A stretch of DNA of 13,462 nt from Armatimonadota bacterium (GTDB lineage Bacteria > Vulcanimicrobiota > JACPDS01 > JBDRKI01), in the NCBI GenBank assembly GCA_043814095.1, contig JBDRKI010000033.1, forward strand, positions 1-13,462. Direction: 5' to 3'. Each line of letters starts with the position of its first letter. Positions within the stretch are counted from its first letter, which is position 1. Positions 1 to 8,314 of the stretch are shown here, in pieces. A model generated the notes under the pieces. The model had not been told where the DNA came from. It saw only the letters and a list, made by a program, of their open reading frames with translations, and made no database searches. A program made the translations under genes and the position numbers.

Positions 1-141
1 GTGTTCCTCAGACCGGAGATTTGCCGCCCGCTTCCTTCAGATTCCACCTCACGATGGACACCCTTGCGTTAAGCTAACTGCTAATGCTATCTTCGCAGTT
101 CGAGACTTTCACTCTATAGACAGTACCCATGTCGGGCACAC
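1..141 (-). mobile_element. Group IIC intron, 5' end (5' splice site and start of domain I); remainder lies beyond the window start
   Basis: Minus strand from 141 reads GTGTGCCCGACATGGGTACTGTCTATAGAGTGAAAGTCTCGAACTGCGAAG...GTTAGCTTAACGCAAGGGTGTCCATCGTGAGGTGGAATCTGAAGGAAGCGGGCGGCAAATCTCCGGTCTGAGGAACAC. It starts with the GUGYG consensus and, from memory, closely follows the 5' part of the Oceanobacillus iheyensis IIC intron. It begins 1 nt after the U-tract of a terminator hairpin, the hallmark class C target. Confidence 0.93.
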
Positions 142-142
142 T

Positions 143-172
143 AAAAAAACCTCCGGATCTCTCCGGAGGTTT
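143..172 (-). terminator. Rho-independent terminator of the 922-aa gene; also the intron target site
   Basis: Perfect 11-bp inverted repeat 147-157/162-172. Minus strand reads AAACCTCCGGA-GAGA-TCCGGAGGTTT, with a T7 tract (149-143), 24 nt after the stop codon. Confidence 0.92.
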
Positions 173-196
173 GTAAGTGTGAGTGGCCTTTATATT

Positions 197-2965
197 TTAT
201 GCTTTTTTGTTCTTATTATCTTCGGGTTTAATTCTGCTTGCCAGTCTCTGTACAGGCTTTTTATTGGCATATGCAGCGCCTTCTTTTTCCTGATCGTCTT
301 TTTGAACGTCTTCTTTGCTGAGCCTGTTTTCTTTTGAGTATGCTTTGAACTCTATCTTACCTGAACCTTCGTCTTCATTTGCCGCACCGGAAAAATCTGC
401 CTTCTGGTTAAATTTAGCTTCCTGCATATTTACAGGTTTGTCCTGAGCTACACCCTGGGTTTCAGCTGTTTTCTTCTGACCGGCTTCTTTAACCAGTGTA
501 TTTTCCCCAATCAGCTTATCTTTCGCGGATGCCTGTTCTTCATTATTTTCCTTAATCTCAAATATACCCGCATCAGCCGCTTTAGTCTTCTTATCTTCTG
601 ACTCTATGCCTTTAACCACAGCGGTATCTTTACCCTGTTCCTTATCGCCTTTTTCCTCTGTTTTTTCCTGGTAAGCCATCTTAGCCTGTACCGCGTTCTC
701 ATCTTGGTCTAATTTACTTAAGTGCTCTTCTTTATTTTCTTTGAGCTCGTTGACTCTTTTTGCCTGAAAACCAAGAGCGCTTGTCATATCAAGAGACTGC
801 TGTCCCACCATTTCAACCAGCCTTGTACCTATATTCATTGCAACCTGGTCTGCTTCAGATTTCTTCTGTGCTATCTCCTGGTTATATACGGCAATCTGCT
901 GTTCTCTCTGCCTGGCCTCTGCCTCTACTTTTTTCTGAACATCATTAACATTATTATCAGCTCTTGTGCCTTCCTTGTTTAAAGCCACACCGGCCAACTG
1001 CATTCCGGTTCCTGCATATACCATACTCTGACCCGCCGCAGCCGTAGCGGGATTTGACATCATAGCGGTACCCGCGCTGATTAATGCCTGTCCTGCGCTC
1101 TCAAGCTTATTACCTTCACTGTGTTTATCATTAGCGTAATTAGTCATCTCGGGTATAATCTGCTGATTCTGCAAGTCAGCTATCTTTTTCTGGTTTGCCT
1201 GTTCAACTTCATTTGCTTTATGCAGTGTTTCCAGATTTTTTGCTGCATCTTTAGCAGTGCCAAATATATTTTCTACTCCTGATTTAATGCCTTCATTGGT
1301 TTCTATATCATTTTCAAGCTTAAACATTCTTTCTTCTTCTACCCCTATCTCTTCATCCATTATAGCGGCATCGCTTTCTTTCTGCCCTTTTATGTCGCTG
1401 GCTGTTTCTTTAAGCTGGAATTTATCTGCACCTTCAGAGTCAAACTCTGCTGTTACGGATTCGTCCATGCCGAGTGAACCGATATCAAAACCTTCAGCTA
1501 TATTTTCACTGTTCTGGTTATTAAAGGGACTGAATTTTTCTTTTTTAAGAATATCTCCCATGCCGGCCTGTTCTTTAATATCGCCTTCTTTTTCGCCTTT
1601 TCCAAACTGGGCTAATTTCTTATCGAATTCTTTTACGTTTTTAACTCCGCCCTTGCCTTCTTCATCACCGAGCAGAAGATCAATAGGATCATTCTCATCT
1701 GTATAATTCATTGAGGATCTCTGTTCAACGATCTTTTTCATCTGTTCGTCATGCTTTTTATTAAAGACTTTATCGTTATTTAATCCTCTGTCTTTGTGAT
1801 TCTTTACGGCTTCATCATAAGATTTATTAACTGCGCCGCTGTTATCAACATAGAGTCCCGTTGAAGGCTTTACATTGCTCTGTTTGAATTCCTGGAGTTT
1901 TTCGCCGTCTTTACTCTCTGCTGCGGGAGCTGCTTGTCCTGCTTTCGCTTTGGCTTCATTGGCTGCTTTAAGCTGTTCTGTTGCGTCTTCCATCTGCTTT
2001 AAGCTTTCTTCCAATTTTTTGCCGTTAAAAAGGAAGCTGTTTGCAAATATTTCATCAGCATCCATATATTCATCAATCTGCATCTCAGCATCTACTGCTT
2101 TATTGCTGTTGTCTAAATCGGCAATTACCTTTGCCGCTTTTTCATCATCTATCTCTTCGGGATTAATCTCTTCTTTGCCTGAAAACTCAGCCAGAGGGTC
2201 TTTGGAATCCATGTTTTTCGCGATCAGCTTATTTATCTCGTCTTCGCTTACATCCTCGCCTCTTGCTTCTGCCATTTCTTTATGTTTGGCGACAATGATT
2301 TCTTTTATTTCTTTATACTTCTTGGAAGCTTCAACTATATTGCTTTTAAGATTATCCTGTCTGTCTTCTTTAATCTGTTCATGCGCGGCTTCGCTTACCT
2401 GTTTGTTAATTTTCTGGATTTCTTCTTTTGATTTTAAGCTGCCGTCTTCGTTAAATACTATTTCCATGAATCTTTCAGGATTGGTATTGGTTGCCCATAA
2501 ATCAAAACACCCGCATTCATCCTTAACAAACTGTACGGCTTCTTTATACTTTGCGATATCTTCTTCGGACATGCCTTTTACCTGGTCATCAACTTCTTCT
2601 AAGTTATTTTTGCCTTCAACTAATTCTTTAATATCGCCTTTTATTGTAAGCTTCTTTAAATTAACAAGATCCTGTACCGCATCATAATCTTCATCAATTG
2701 TTCTTTTTACTCCGTCATAACCGTTAGCTAACTCATCATTAATTTTTGCAAGTTCGTCTTCTGATACCAGCTCTCCGTCAGATTTCTTAACCAAAAATTC
2801 AAAGTATTCCGGATCTGATTCTTTTACTTTTTTCAGTTCTGAAAATTTTTCCAGATCCAGTACTTTACCTGATTCGGAAGCACCTGTTCCTTGTTCAAAT
2901 CCAACCTGTGATAATGCTTTAGAATTGAGATCTTCATTAATATTAAAATTAATATCTTTAGACAT
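197..2965 (-). CDS. Large acidic coiled-coil hypothetical protein (~922 aa) with one Gly/Ala-rich hydrophobic segment
   Basis: Long open frame, E/K/D/Q/N-rich. Start moved to ATG 2965 (MSKDINF) because GGAGGTG (2978-2972) lies 6 nt upstream. Has its own promoter and terminator. No signal peptide or recognisable enzyme motif. Confidence 0.85.
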   Translation of the reverse strand: MSKDINFNINEDLNSKALSQVGFEQGTGASESGKVLDLEKFSELKKVKESDPEYFEFLVKKSDGELVSEDELAKINDELANGYDGVKRTIDEDYDAVQDLVNLKKLTIKGDIKELVEGKNNLEEVDDQVKGMSEEDIAKYKEAVQFVKDECGCFDLWATNTNPERFMEIVFNEDGSLKSKEEIQKINKQVSEAAHEQIKEDRQDNLKSNIVEASKKYKEIKEIIVAKHKEMAEARGEDVSEDEINKLIAKNMDSKDPLAEFSGKEEINPEEIDDEKAAKVIADLDNSNKAVDAEMQIDEYMDADEIFANSFLFNGKKLEESLKQMEDATEQLKAANEAKAKAGQAAPAAESKDGEKLQEFKQSNVKPSTGLYVDNSGAVNKSYDEAVKNHKDRGLNNDKVFNKKHDEQMKKIVEQRSSMNYTDENDPIDLLLGDEEGKGGVKNVKEFDKKLAQFGKGEKEGDIKEQAGMGDILKKEKFSPFNNQNSENIAEGFDIGSLGMDESVTAEFDSEGADKFQLKETASDIKGQKESDAAIMDEEIGVEEERMFKLENDIETNEGIKSGVENIFGTAKDAAKNLETLHKANEVEQANQKKIADLQNQQIIPEMTNYANDKHSEGNKLESAGQALISAGTAMMSNPATAAAGQSMVYAGTGMQLAGVALNKEGTRADNNVNDVQKKVEAEARQREQQIAVYNQEIAQKKSEADQVAMNIGTRLVEMVGQQSLDMTSALGFQAKRVNELKENKEEHLSKLDQDENAVQAKMAYQEKTEEKGDKEQGKDTAVVKGIESEDKKTKAADAGIFEIKENNEEQASAKDKLIGENTLVKEAGQKKTAETQGVAQDKPVNMQEAKFNQKADFSGAANEDEGSGKIEFKAYSKENRLSKEDVQKDDQEKEGAAYANKKPVQRLASRIKPEDNKNKKA

Positions 2966-3017
2966 AAACCACACCTCCGCCCCCCTCAATATAGAGAGGG
3001 ATTCGTTCTTGGTTATT

Positions 3018-3046
3018 ATTATAATGGGGAAAGGGGTAAAAGTAAA
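3018..3046 (-). promoter_or_regulatory. Putative sigma70 promoter of the 922-aa gene
   Basis: Minus strand TTTACT (3046-3041), 17-nt spacer, perfect TATAAT (3023-3018). Confidence 0.6.
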
Positions 3047-3051
3047 CGAGT

Positions 3052-3098
3052 TTTTGTTACAATTTTGTTAACTTTTTGTTAACAAATTGTTAACATTT
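3052..3098 (-). promoter_or_regulatory. Four 11-bp-period direct repeats (TTAACA x3, GTAACA); candidate OmpR/PhoB-family binding array
   Basis: Plus-strand TTGTTA cores with the G at 3056, 3067, 3078 and 3089 (exact 11-bp period), just upstream of the -35. Confidence 0.7.
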
Positions 3099-3127
3099 CA
3101 GCCCTTTTCCATATATAACTATATAGC

Positions 3128-3153
3128 AGAAAGCGGCTTTTTAGCCGCTTTCT
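3128..3153 (-). terminator. Stem-loop, probable terminator of the M64-SYLF-ETF-QO transcript
   Basis: Perfect 11-bp inverted repeat AGAAAGCGGCT (3128-3138) / AGCCGCTTTCT (3143-3153), 4-nt loop, ~50 nt after the ETF-QO stop. The U-tail is short. Confidence 0.65.
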
Positions 3154-3205
3154 TATATTAAATAATTAATAAAAATTCAACAAACACCTAGAAACCCTTA
3201 TTTTA

Positions 3206-4879
3206 TCACATATTTTTATACCCGGGTCCGCCCCCGCCTTCGGGAGGAGACCATTCTATCTGGTTATATGGATCTTTAATTTCACAGGTTTTACAGTGCA
3301 GGCAGTTTGAAGGGTTCATTTTTAGCTGTTTTTTGCCGTTTTCTTCTTCTATCTCATAAACCTCAGCAGGGCAGAATTTTGTGCATGGATTACCGTATTC
3401 TTCAACACACTTTCCGTTGCATATGCTTAGATCTTCAATTTTAAGATGACAGGGCTGATCTTCTTCATGTTTTACTCCTGAAGAATATACCTCTGTAAGG
3501 CGGTCAAAAGTGAGCTCCCCGTCAGGCTTAAACACTCCATTTTTACTTCTATCTATATACTGGGTTAACTTCTTCATATGAAGATAGTCTTCTTCTGTTT
3601 TAAACCTGTCAATAAGGCCCCTTCCTCCGGTAACAGTCTGCAAACCTATATGCATCATACCCGCAATAAGTCCCTGACTGAAACTCTGGTGAAAATTCCT
3701 TACAGAATAAAGTTCTTTCCATATCCAGCTTGATTTTATCCTGTGATCATAAAGAGATAATTTTTTGTCTGAAAAGTCGCCTGATTTTATCGCTTCAAAA
3801 AGAGTCTGAGCGGCGATAATTCCTGATTTTATCGCAAGGTGTATCCCTTTTAATTTTTTAGCGTTAAGAAGACCAGCTCCCTCGCCTGTAATAATAAAGC
3901 CGTCGCCCGAAAGTTTGCCTATTGAATAATAGCCGCCCTCAGATATCGTCTTTGCTCCGTATTCTATGAGCTTCCCGCCTTCAAGTGTTTTCTTTATCAA
4001 TGGATGTTTTTTAAACTTCTGGAGCTCTTCCTGGATATTAAGCTTAGGATTCTCATAATCAAGCCCGATAGCCAATCCCAGCGCTACCGTATTATCCTTT
4101 ATATGGTAAAGAAAACTGCCTCCGAAAGTTTTAAAATCAAGAGGATATCCGAATGTATGAATAATATTACCTTTTGAAAAATTTTCAGGTTTTACTTCCC
4201 ATAATTCCTTAACACCTGTTACATAATTCTGGGGTGAACACCCTTTATTCAGATTAAATTTATCCATTAACTTCTGAGTTACATATCCGCGGGAGCCCTC
4301 TCCCAGTACCAGCGCTTTTACGCCTATCTCAGCACCGGGCATATGGTTGCCCTTCGGAGTGCCTTCCTTATCTAATCCCTTATCACCAGTTTTAATGCCT
4401 ATTATTTTACCTTCTTCGGAGTAGATAACTTCTTTTACCGGTTCTGAAGTTAAAACCTCTACCCCTTCTGCTTCGCATTTTTTCGCAAGCCATTTTACAA
4501 AATCAGTTAATGAAATAATATAGTTGCCGTGATTATCCATGCCGGGAGGAGGTACAGGGAACCTGAACTGTCCTTTTTTAGTTAAAAAATACATACCGTC
4601 TTTTTTAACTTCTGTTTTAACCGGGATATCCGAACCCCTCCAGTGCAGCATTAATTCATCAAGCACCCCGGGCTCCATAACAGCCCCTGAAAGTATATGA
4701 TCACCAACAGCTTCACCTTTTTCAAAAACGCCTATCATTAAATCAGGAATCTGGTTATCCGGATTTTCCTGGTTATGCTTGTTTATTAGCTGTTTAAGAT
4801 AATATGCCGCGCTTAAATTAGCAGGACCTGCGCCCGCAAACAAAACATCAAAGGAAATTTCAAATTGAGGTTCAGACAT
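3206..4879 (-). CDS. Electron transfer flavoprotein:quinone oxidoreductase (ETF-QO; FAD and 4Fe-4S)
   Basis: N-terminal FAD-binding DVLFAGAGPA and EKGEAVGDHILSGAV; internal LGEGSRG, GAKTISEGG and KGIHLAIKSG; C-terminal ferredoxin-like CTKFCPAEVYE...NCLHCKTCEIKDP...WSPPEGGGGPGY. 557 aa. RBS GAGGGGG at 4890-4884. Confidence 0.95.
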   Translation of the reverse strand: MSEPQFEISFDVLFAGAGPANLSAAYYLKQLINKHNQENPDNQIPDLMIGVFEKGEAVGDHILSGAVMEPGVLDELMLHWRGSDIPVKTEVKKDGMYFLTKKGQFRFPVPPPGMDNHGNYIISLTDFVKWLAKKCEAEGVEVLTSEPVKEVIYSEEGKIIGIKTGDKGLDKEGTPKGNHMPGAEIGVKALVLGEGSRGYVTQKLMDKFNLNKGCSPQNYVTGVKELWEVKPENFSKGNIIHTFGYPLDFKTFGGSFLYHIKDNTVALGLAIGLDYENPKLNIQEELQKFKKHPLIKKTLEGGKLIEYGAKTISEGGYYSIGKLSGDGFIITGEGAGLLNAKKLKGIHLAIKSGIIAAQTLFEAIKSGDFSDKKLSLYDHRIKSSWIWKELYSVRNFHQSFSQGLIAGMMHIGLQTVTGGRGLIDRFKTEEDYLHMKKLTQYIDRSKNGVFKPDGELTFDRLTEVYSSGVKHEEDQPCHLKIEDLSICNGKCVEEYGNPCTKFCPAEVYEIEEENGKKQLKMNPSNCLHCKTCEIKDPYNQIEWSPPEGGGGPGYKNM

Positions 4880-4940
4880 ATTTCCCCCTCTTTTAATTAT
4901 CTAACCTTATTCTTTTTTCCAACTTCAACTATTGAAAAAA

Positions 4941-5663
4941 TTATTTCTTAGTATACTTTTCAATAACCTGTATAAGCTGTTCACCTGCAACGGTGGGTTT
5001 TACAACATTTTCCACTATTATCTGTTTTGTGTCATAAGGCTTGCCGTAAACAGCTTCATTTGCGGCCGAATTAGGCCATATTGTGGTTCCCTGCAGTTTA
5101 AGCCCTATATAGGCGCCGCGTGATCTTGAGTATGAATAAATTATGCTTTTTGCCTGAAGGTCAGCGCCTATATCCGCGTCTCTTCCGGCCGGCCCTATGG
5201 CTATGCCGCCGTCAACACCCAGCTTGAACCTGCTTTGGAGAAGGCCTTCCACGCTGTTCTTATCCATAACAAGAAGAACTATGTCAACTTCATGAACACC
5301 GGCCTGGAAACCTATACTTGCACCCCCTATTTTTAAAAACGCGGGGGCACTCCATTTATTTGTTTCCGGGTTTTTATAAAGGATAACTCCCTTACCGGAC
5401 ATCCCGCCGATAATAAGGCCGCCGCCCTGGGTTTTAGGGAATATCGCGATTGCCTGAGCCGCATAAACCAGCCCTCTGGGTATCCCCATCTCAACTACAT
5501 TGTTAATCTGCTGGAAAACTTTTTCAGCGTCTAAAATTGTCTGCTCTTCCGGAACGATTTTCAACTGCTGCTCCTGCTGTTTAACTGTTTCTTCGGCATA
5601 AGATACCGCGCAGAAACTGAAAACCATTAACGCAACCAGAAGTCCTAAAAATACTTTTTTCAT
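4941..5663 (-). CDS. Secreted lipid-binding SYLF (Ysc84/DUF500) domain protein, ~240 aa
   Basis: Motifs IP..L...AQAIAIFP, GGLIIGGMSGKGV, WSAPAF, GGASIGFQAG, IYSYSRSRGAYIG and AANEAVYG. Signal peptide MKKVFLGLLVALMVFSFCAVSYA. Start set at ATG 5663, with GGAGGA (5673-5668) upstream. Confidence 0.9.
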   Translation of the reverse strand: MKKVFLGLLVALMVFSFCAVSYAEETVKQQEQQLKIVPEEQTILDAEKVFQQINNVVEMGIPRGLVYAAQAIAIFPKTQGGGLIIGGMSGKGVILYKNPETNKWSAPAFLKIGGASIGFQAGVHEVDIVLLVMDKNSVEGLLQSRFKLGVDGGIAIGPAGRDADIGADLQAKSIIYSYSRSRGAYIGLKLQGTTIWPNSAANEAVYGKPYDTKQIIVENVVKPTVAGEQLIQVIEKYTKK

Positions 5664-5679
5664 GAAATCCTCCTCTTTA

Positions 5680-7155
5680 TTATTCACTGTAAAATTTTAT
5701 CCTTTCAATTACTGCCTGCCGGCAGACTTTGCAGAAAGGCTTCGCTCCTTTAGAAAACATTATACAGTCCAGCTCAGGCCTGTACATTTCTTTACTGCAG
5801 TAGCCCGCTCCTTCAAACACTCCTGTTTTACCGTAATTCGCGCAGCCTGAAAGGTAATCGTCAACTTTTACCGCATGCTCCCTGCTGAGCTTTTCCGACA
5901 GCTGTTCATATTTTTCTACTTCAGCAGCCTCAGCACCTTCCCTTTTCATTTTTGCGATTTTCTTGTTCAGTTCCTGTCTTTTTTTCTGGTAAGCAAGATC
6001 CATCTTATCAAATTCCGCTTTCTCCCAGAAAGAAGGAACTGCAATGCCCGAAGAACATAAATTTCCCCATTTTACATTATCCTTATCAAGAAGAGCTGTG
6101 ATATTGGGTTCAACCGGTTCATATCCTTTGGGATAAAAATCATTATATTCTACGGCTGATGTATAATACTCATCCGCGAGCCCCGCGAACGAATGGCCGA
6201 ACTCGTGCAGGAAAACATAATCAGTCCAGTAATTGTCAACTATCGTTGACGCGTATAAATTGTAAATGGCTCCCCCGCCGTACCTGTCCTGGTTAACAAG
6301 CATATAGAGGGTGTCATAGGGAGCGGTTCCGGCTACATTTCTCATGGCCTTATTATCTTCTGTCATAAGGTAGCGTTCTGACCCGAAAAAATCATACCCG
6401 CTGTTAAATGATGTCCTTTTAAATGCCCCGTGAGATGATTCATCACATCCCGGATCCTTAGAAGGAAGAAATACCCCCCTTACATTAAAACTGTCTTTGT
6501 ATTTATCATAAGGCGCCTGCGCCCAGAAGACCTTAAGGAGCCTGTTAACATCATCAATAAATTTCTGCCTTTGATCTTTTGTATATCCTTCGGCAAGGAA
6601 TAATAAATCAACTTTTTTATGGTTATCCCCGGAGATCTGAAAATCTATAACCTCAACGTCTTCCTGTCTTTCTTCCTTTATTATTGTTGTTGAGGAAGGA
6701 TCAATAACACAGCTAAAAACTTCATCAAACTCATTCTTCTTATCCCTTCTTTCTATTGCAAGTTTAATCTTATTCTTCGGATAAGGCATAATTACAGACT
6801 CACTGAAAGTCTTTTTGGCCCCGTTAATAGCGTCGTCTGTGGTAATATACTCCCTGAATATAGAGTCAAAGCCGCGGGAGAATATCATTTTGTTTGTATC
6901 AAGATCATATACCTTAACAAAATATGCGCCGTTATTCATATAATCAACAAGGTTGTTTACGGAACCCGCCCACTGCCCTTCCGTATAAACATTATCGAGC
7001 GAATATATATCTGTAGTGCTGTCGCCTGTATGGTAAAGATCTATCCTCATGGTTTTATCAACAAAATAATCATCAAAATTTACATCAGCGGCATATACGG
7101 AATTTAAAGATAAAACCGTGACAAGTAAAAATACAACCAAAATCATTTTTCTCAT
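5680..7155 (-). CDS. Secreted peptidase M64 family (IgA-peptidase-like) zinc metallopeptidase with N-terminal domain
   Basis: Signal peptide; N-domain FDDYFVDKTMRIDLYHTG; VDLLFLAEGYT; YGGGAIYN; zinc motif HEFGHSFAGLADEY; EPNIT; C-terminal GVFEGAGY...YRP..DCIM...FCKVC. RBS GGGAGA. Confidence 0.93.
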   Translation of the reverse strand: MRKMILVVFLLVTVLSLNSVYAADVNFDDYFVDKTMRIDLYHTGDSTTDIYSLDNVYTEGQWAGSVNNLVDYMNNGAYFVKVYDLDTNKMIFSRGFDSIFREYITTDDAINGAKKTFSESVIMPYPKNKIKLAIERRDKKNEFDEVFSCVIDPSSTTIIKEERQEDVEVIDFQISGDNHKKVDLLFLAEGYTKDQRQKFIDDVNRLLKVFWAQAPYDKYKDSFNVRGVFLPSKDPGCDESSHGAFKRTSFNSGYDFFGSERYLMTEDNKAMRNVAGTAPYDTLYMLVNQDRYGGGAIYNLYASTIVDNYWTDYVFLHEFGHSFAGLADEYYTSAVEYNDFYPKGYEPVEPNITALLDKDNVKWGNLCSSGIAVPSFWEKAEFDKMDLAYQKKRQELNKKIAKMKREGAEAAEVEKYEQLSEKLSREHAVKVDDYLSGCANYGKTGVFEGAGYCSKEMYRPELDCIMFSKGAKPFCKVCRQAVIERIKFYSE

Positions 7156-7207
7156 AATAATTCTCCCTGCTCTTTTCCCATACTGTTTGTTTTTGAATTA
7201 TTACATG

Positions 7208-7274
7208 GTTCAACAAAGCCATGTTTCTTTCCTTTGAATGCCAAGTTAAAGGAAAAATCAATAAAATACATAAT
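7208..7274. promoter_or_regulatory. Divergent promoter region with back-to-back AAAGGAAA elements (possible SigH-like promoters)
   Basis: Minus: AAAGGAAAG (7235-7227)-N12-GTTGAAC (7214-7208). Plus: AAAGGAAAA (7248-7256)-N11-ACATAAT (7268-7274). Both resemble the B. subtilis SigH consensus RNAGGAWWW-N11/12-RNNGAAT with mismatches. Confidence 0.3.
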
Positions 7275-7311
7275 TTATTATTTATTACTTTAATTAAAAG
7301 AAAGCGTTTAC

Positions 7312-7728
7312 ATGAATAAAAAAACTCAAAAAGGCATAGTCCTTATAACGATACTGGTATTTTTATCGGTATTATTTGTGCTTGGTTTTACCATAACGGG
7401 ATACATGGGCACTGATTACAGATTTGCCGGCATGCAGGCAGATTCACTGCAGGCATTTTATCTTGCAAGAGGCGCAATAGATTATGCCGAAGATGAGTAT
7501 GTGGCATGGAATTTTGATGAAACAGAAGTTGTAGAAATAGAAAAAGAGATAAAAGGAACAGGAAAATTCACGCTCACCGCCACACCTCATTCCAGGGATA
7601 AAGACACAAACGAAGTTGCAAGCGTAAAAGTCATAACAACGGGAACCTGCGTTAAAAGCACGATAACGCTTGCAGCAATAATAATCCCCGGGGAAGACCC
7701 TGAAGTCTATATTTTTTCTCTGAGGTAG
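7312..7728 (+). CDS. PilX/GspK-like minor (pseudo)pilin, cassette 1
   Basis: Basic leader then QKG^IVLITILVFLSVLFVLG: class III signal lacking Glu+5, typical of PilX/GspK. Also the PilX N-terminal motif QAFYLARGAIDYA. Confidence 0.8.
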   Translation: MNKKTQKGIVLITILVFLSVLFVLGFTITGYMGTDYRFAGMQADSLQAFYLARGAIDYAEDEYVAWNFDETEVVEIEKEIKGTGKFTLTATPHSRDKDTNEVASVKVITTGTCVKSTITLAAIIIPGEDPEVYIFSLR

Positions 7729-7732
7729 AAGC

Positions 7733-8314
7733 TTGCAAAAAAACAGTAAAAACATAAAAAAGAAAAACAAAGGACTGACGCTTGTAGAGCTTATGATTGT
7801 ATGCGGCGTATTTCTGCTTCTTATTGTTTTGTCCGGGGATCTTTTTATGAAGGGATGGAAATACACCCGTTTTGCCATGCCCAAAACAGACCAGCTCCGT
7901 GAAGCAAGAAGAATAGTAACAGATATGGGGATGGATATTATGACAAGCGCTAATATTGCTATGAGCGGCATAGACGGTGAAGACGGTTTTGCAACTTACA
8001 CAGATGAAATCGCGCTTATAAAAAAGTTCTATAACGACACAATAGAAGGCGAACCCGTATATATGGGCTACAGGATTACAAAGAATTCCGAAGATGATTT
8101 ACATACCCTTACAAAATACACATACGGGCAGCCTTATGATCCCAATAAATTAAAAATTACAAACTCTAAAACATTAAGTGAAAGGATTAAATATTTTAAA
8201 ATAATACCCGACAAAGAAAATAATCTATATACAATAGAATTGAAAGTCGCTTCAGCCAACCCAGACCAGGAAGTTGTAAGCTTAACAACCACATTTGAGG
8301 GATTAAAACAGTAA
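7733..8314 (+). CDS. PilW/GspJ-like prepilin-type N-terminal cleavage/methylation protein, cassette 1
   Basis: KKKNKG^LTLVELMIVCGVFLLLIVL with Glu+5; GspJ-like QLREARRIVTDMGMDI helix. TTG start with GAGG upstream. Confidence 0.82.
   Translation: MQKNSKNIKKKNKGLTLVELMIVCGVFLLLIVLSGDLFMKGWKYTRFAMPKTDQLREARRIVTDMGMDIMTSANIAMSGIDGEDGFATYTDEIALIKKFYNDTIEGEPVYMGYRITKNSEDDLHTLTKYTYGQPYDPNKLKITNSKTLSERIKYFKIIPDKENNLYTIELKVASANPDQEVVSLTTTFEGLKQ

Noticed and set aside
1-141. Link between the intron RT and pilin diversification (DGR-like system)
   Set aside because: No near-identical template/variable repeat pair is visible, the pilin paralogs are diverged throughout, and the element looks like an ordinary terminator-targeting IIC intron.
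722-2687. Plus-strand ORFs of 86, 62, 149 and 270 aa
   Set aside because: Antisense shadows of the 922-aa gene; the Ser/Leu/Phe-rich composition of the longer ones is what the reverse complement of Glu/Lys/Asp codons gives.
2966-2989. Upstream start extensions in the ORF track (2989; likewise 5687 and 11520)
   Set aside because: Each extension contains the Shine-Dalgarno of a better downstream ATG (2965, 5663, 11538).
3052-3098. Repeat arrays as CRISPR repeats, iterons or DnaA boxes
   Set aside because: Units are only 11 bp with no spacers, no cas or rep genes are present, they do not match TTATCCACA, and both sit in promoter position.
4810-4840. GAGPAN instead of GAGPAG in the ETF-QO FAD-binding loop
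   Set aside because: Single substitution with all other FAD and Fe-S motifs intact; not enough to suggest altered function.
5850-6020. Charged helical insertion in the M64 peptidase (KAEFDKMD...VDDYL)
   Set aside because: I recall similar insertions in other M64 family members, so it is probably not novel; an alignment would confirm.
4932-6060. Short plus-strand ORFs (63, 62 and 61 aa)
   Set aside because: Antisense to well-supported SYLF and M64 genes, with no recognisable motifs.
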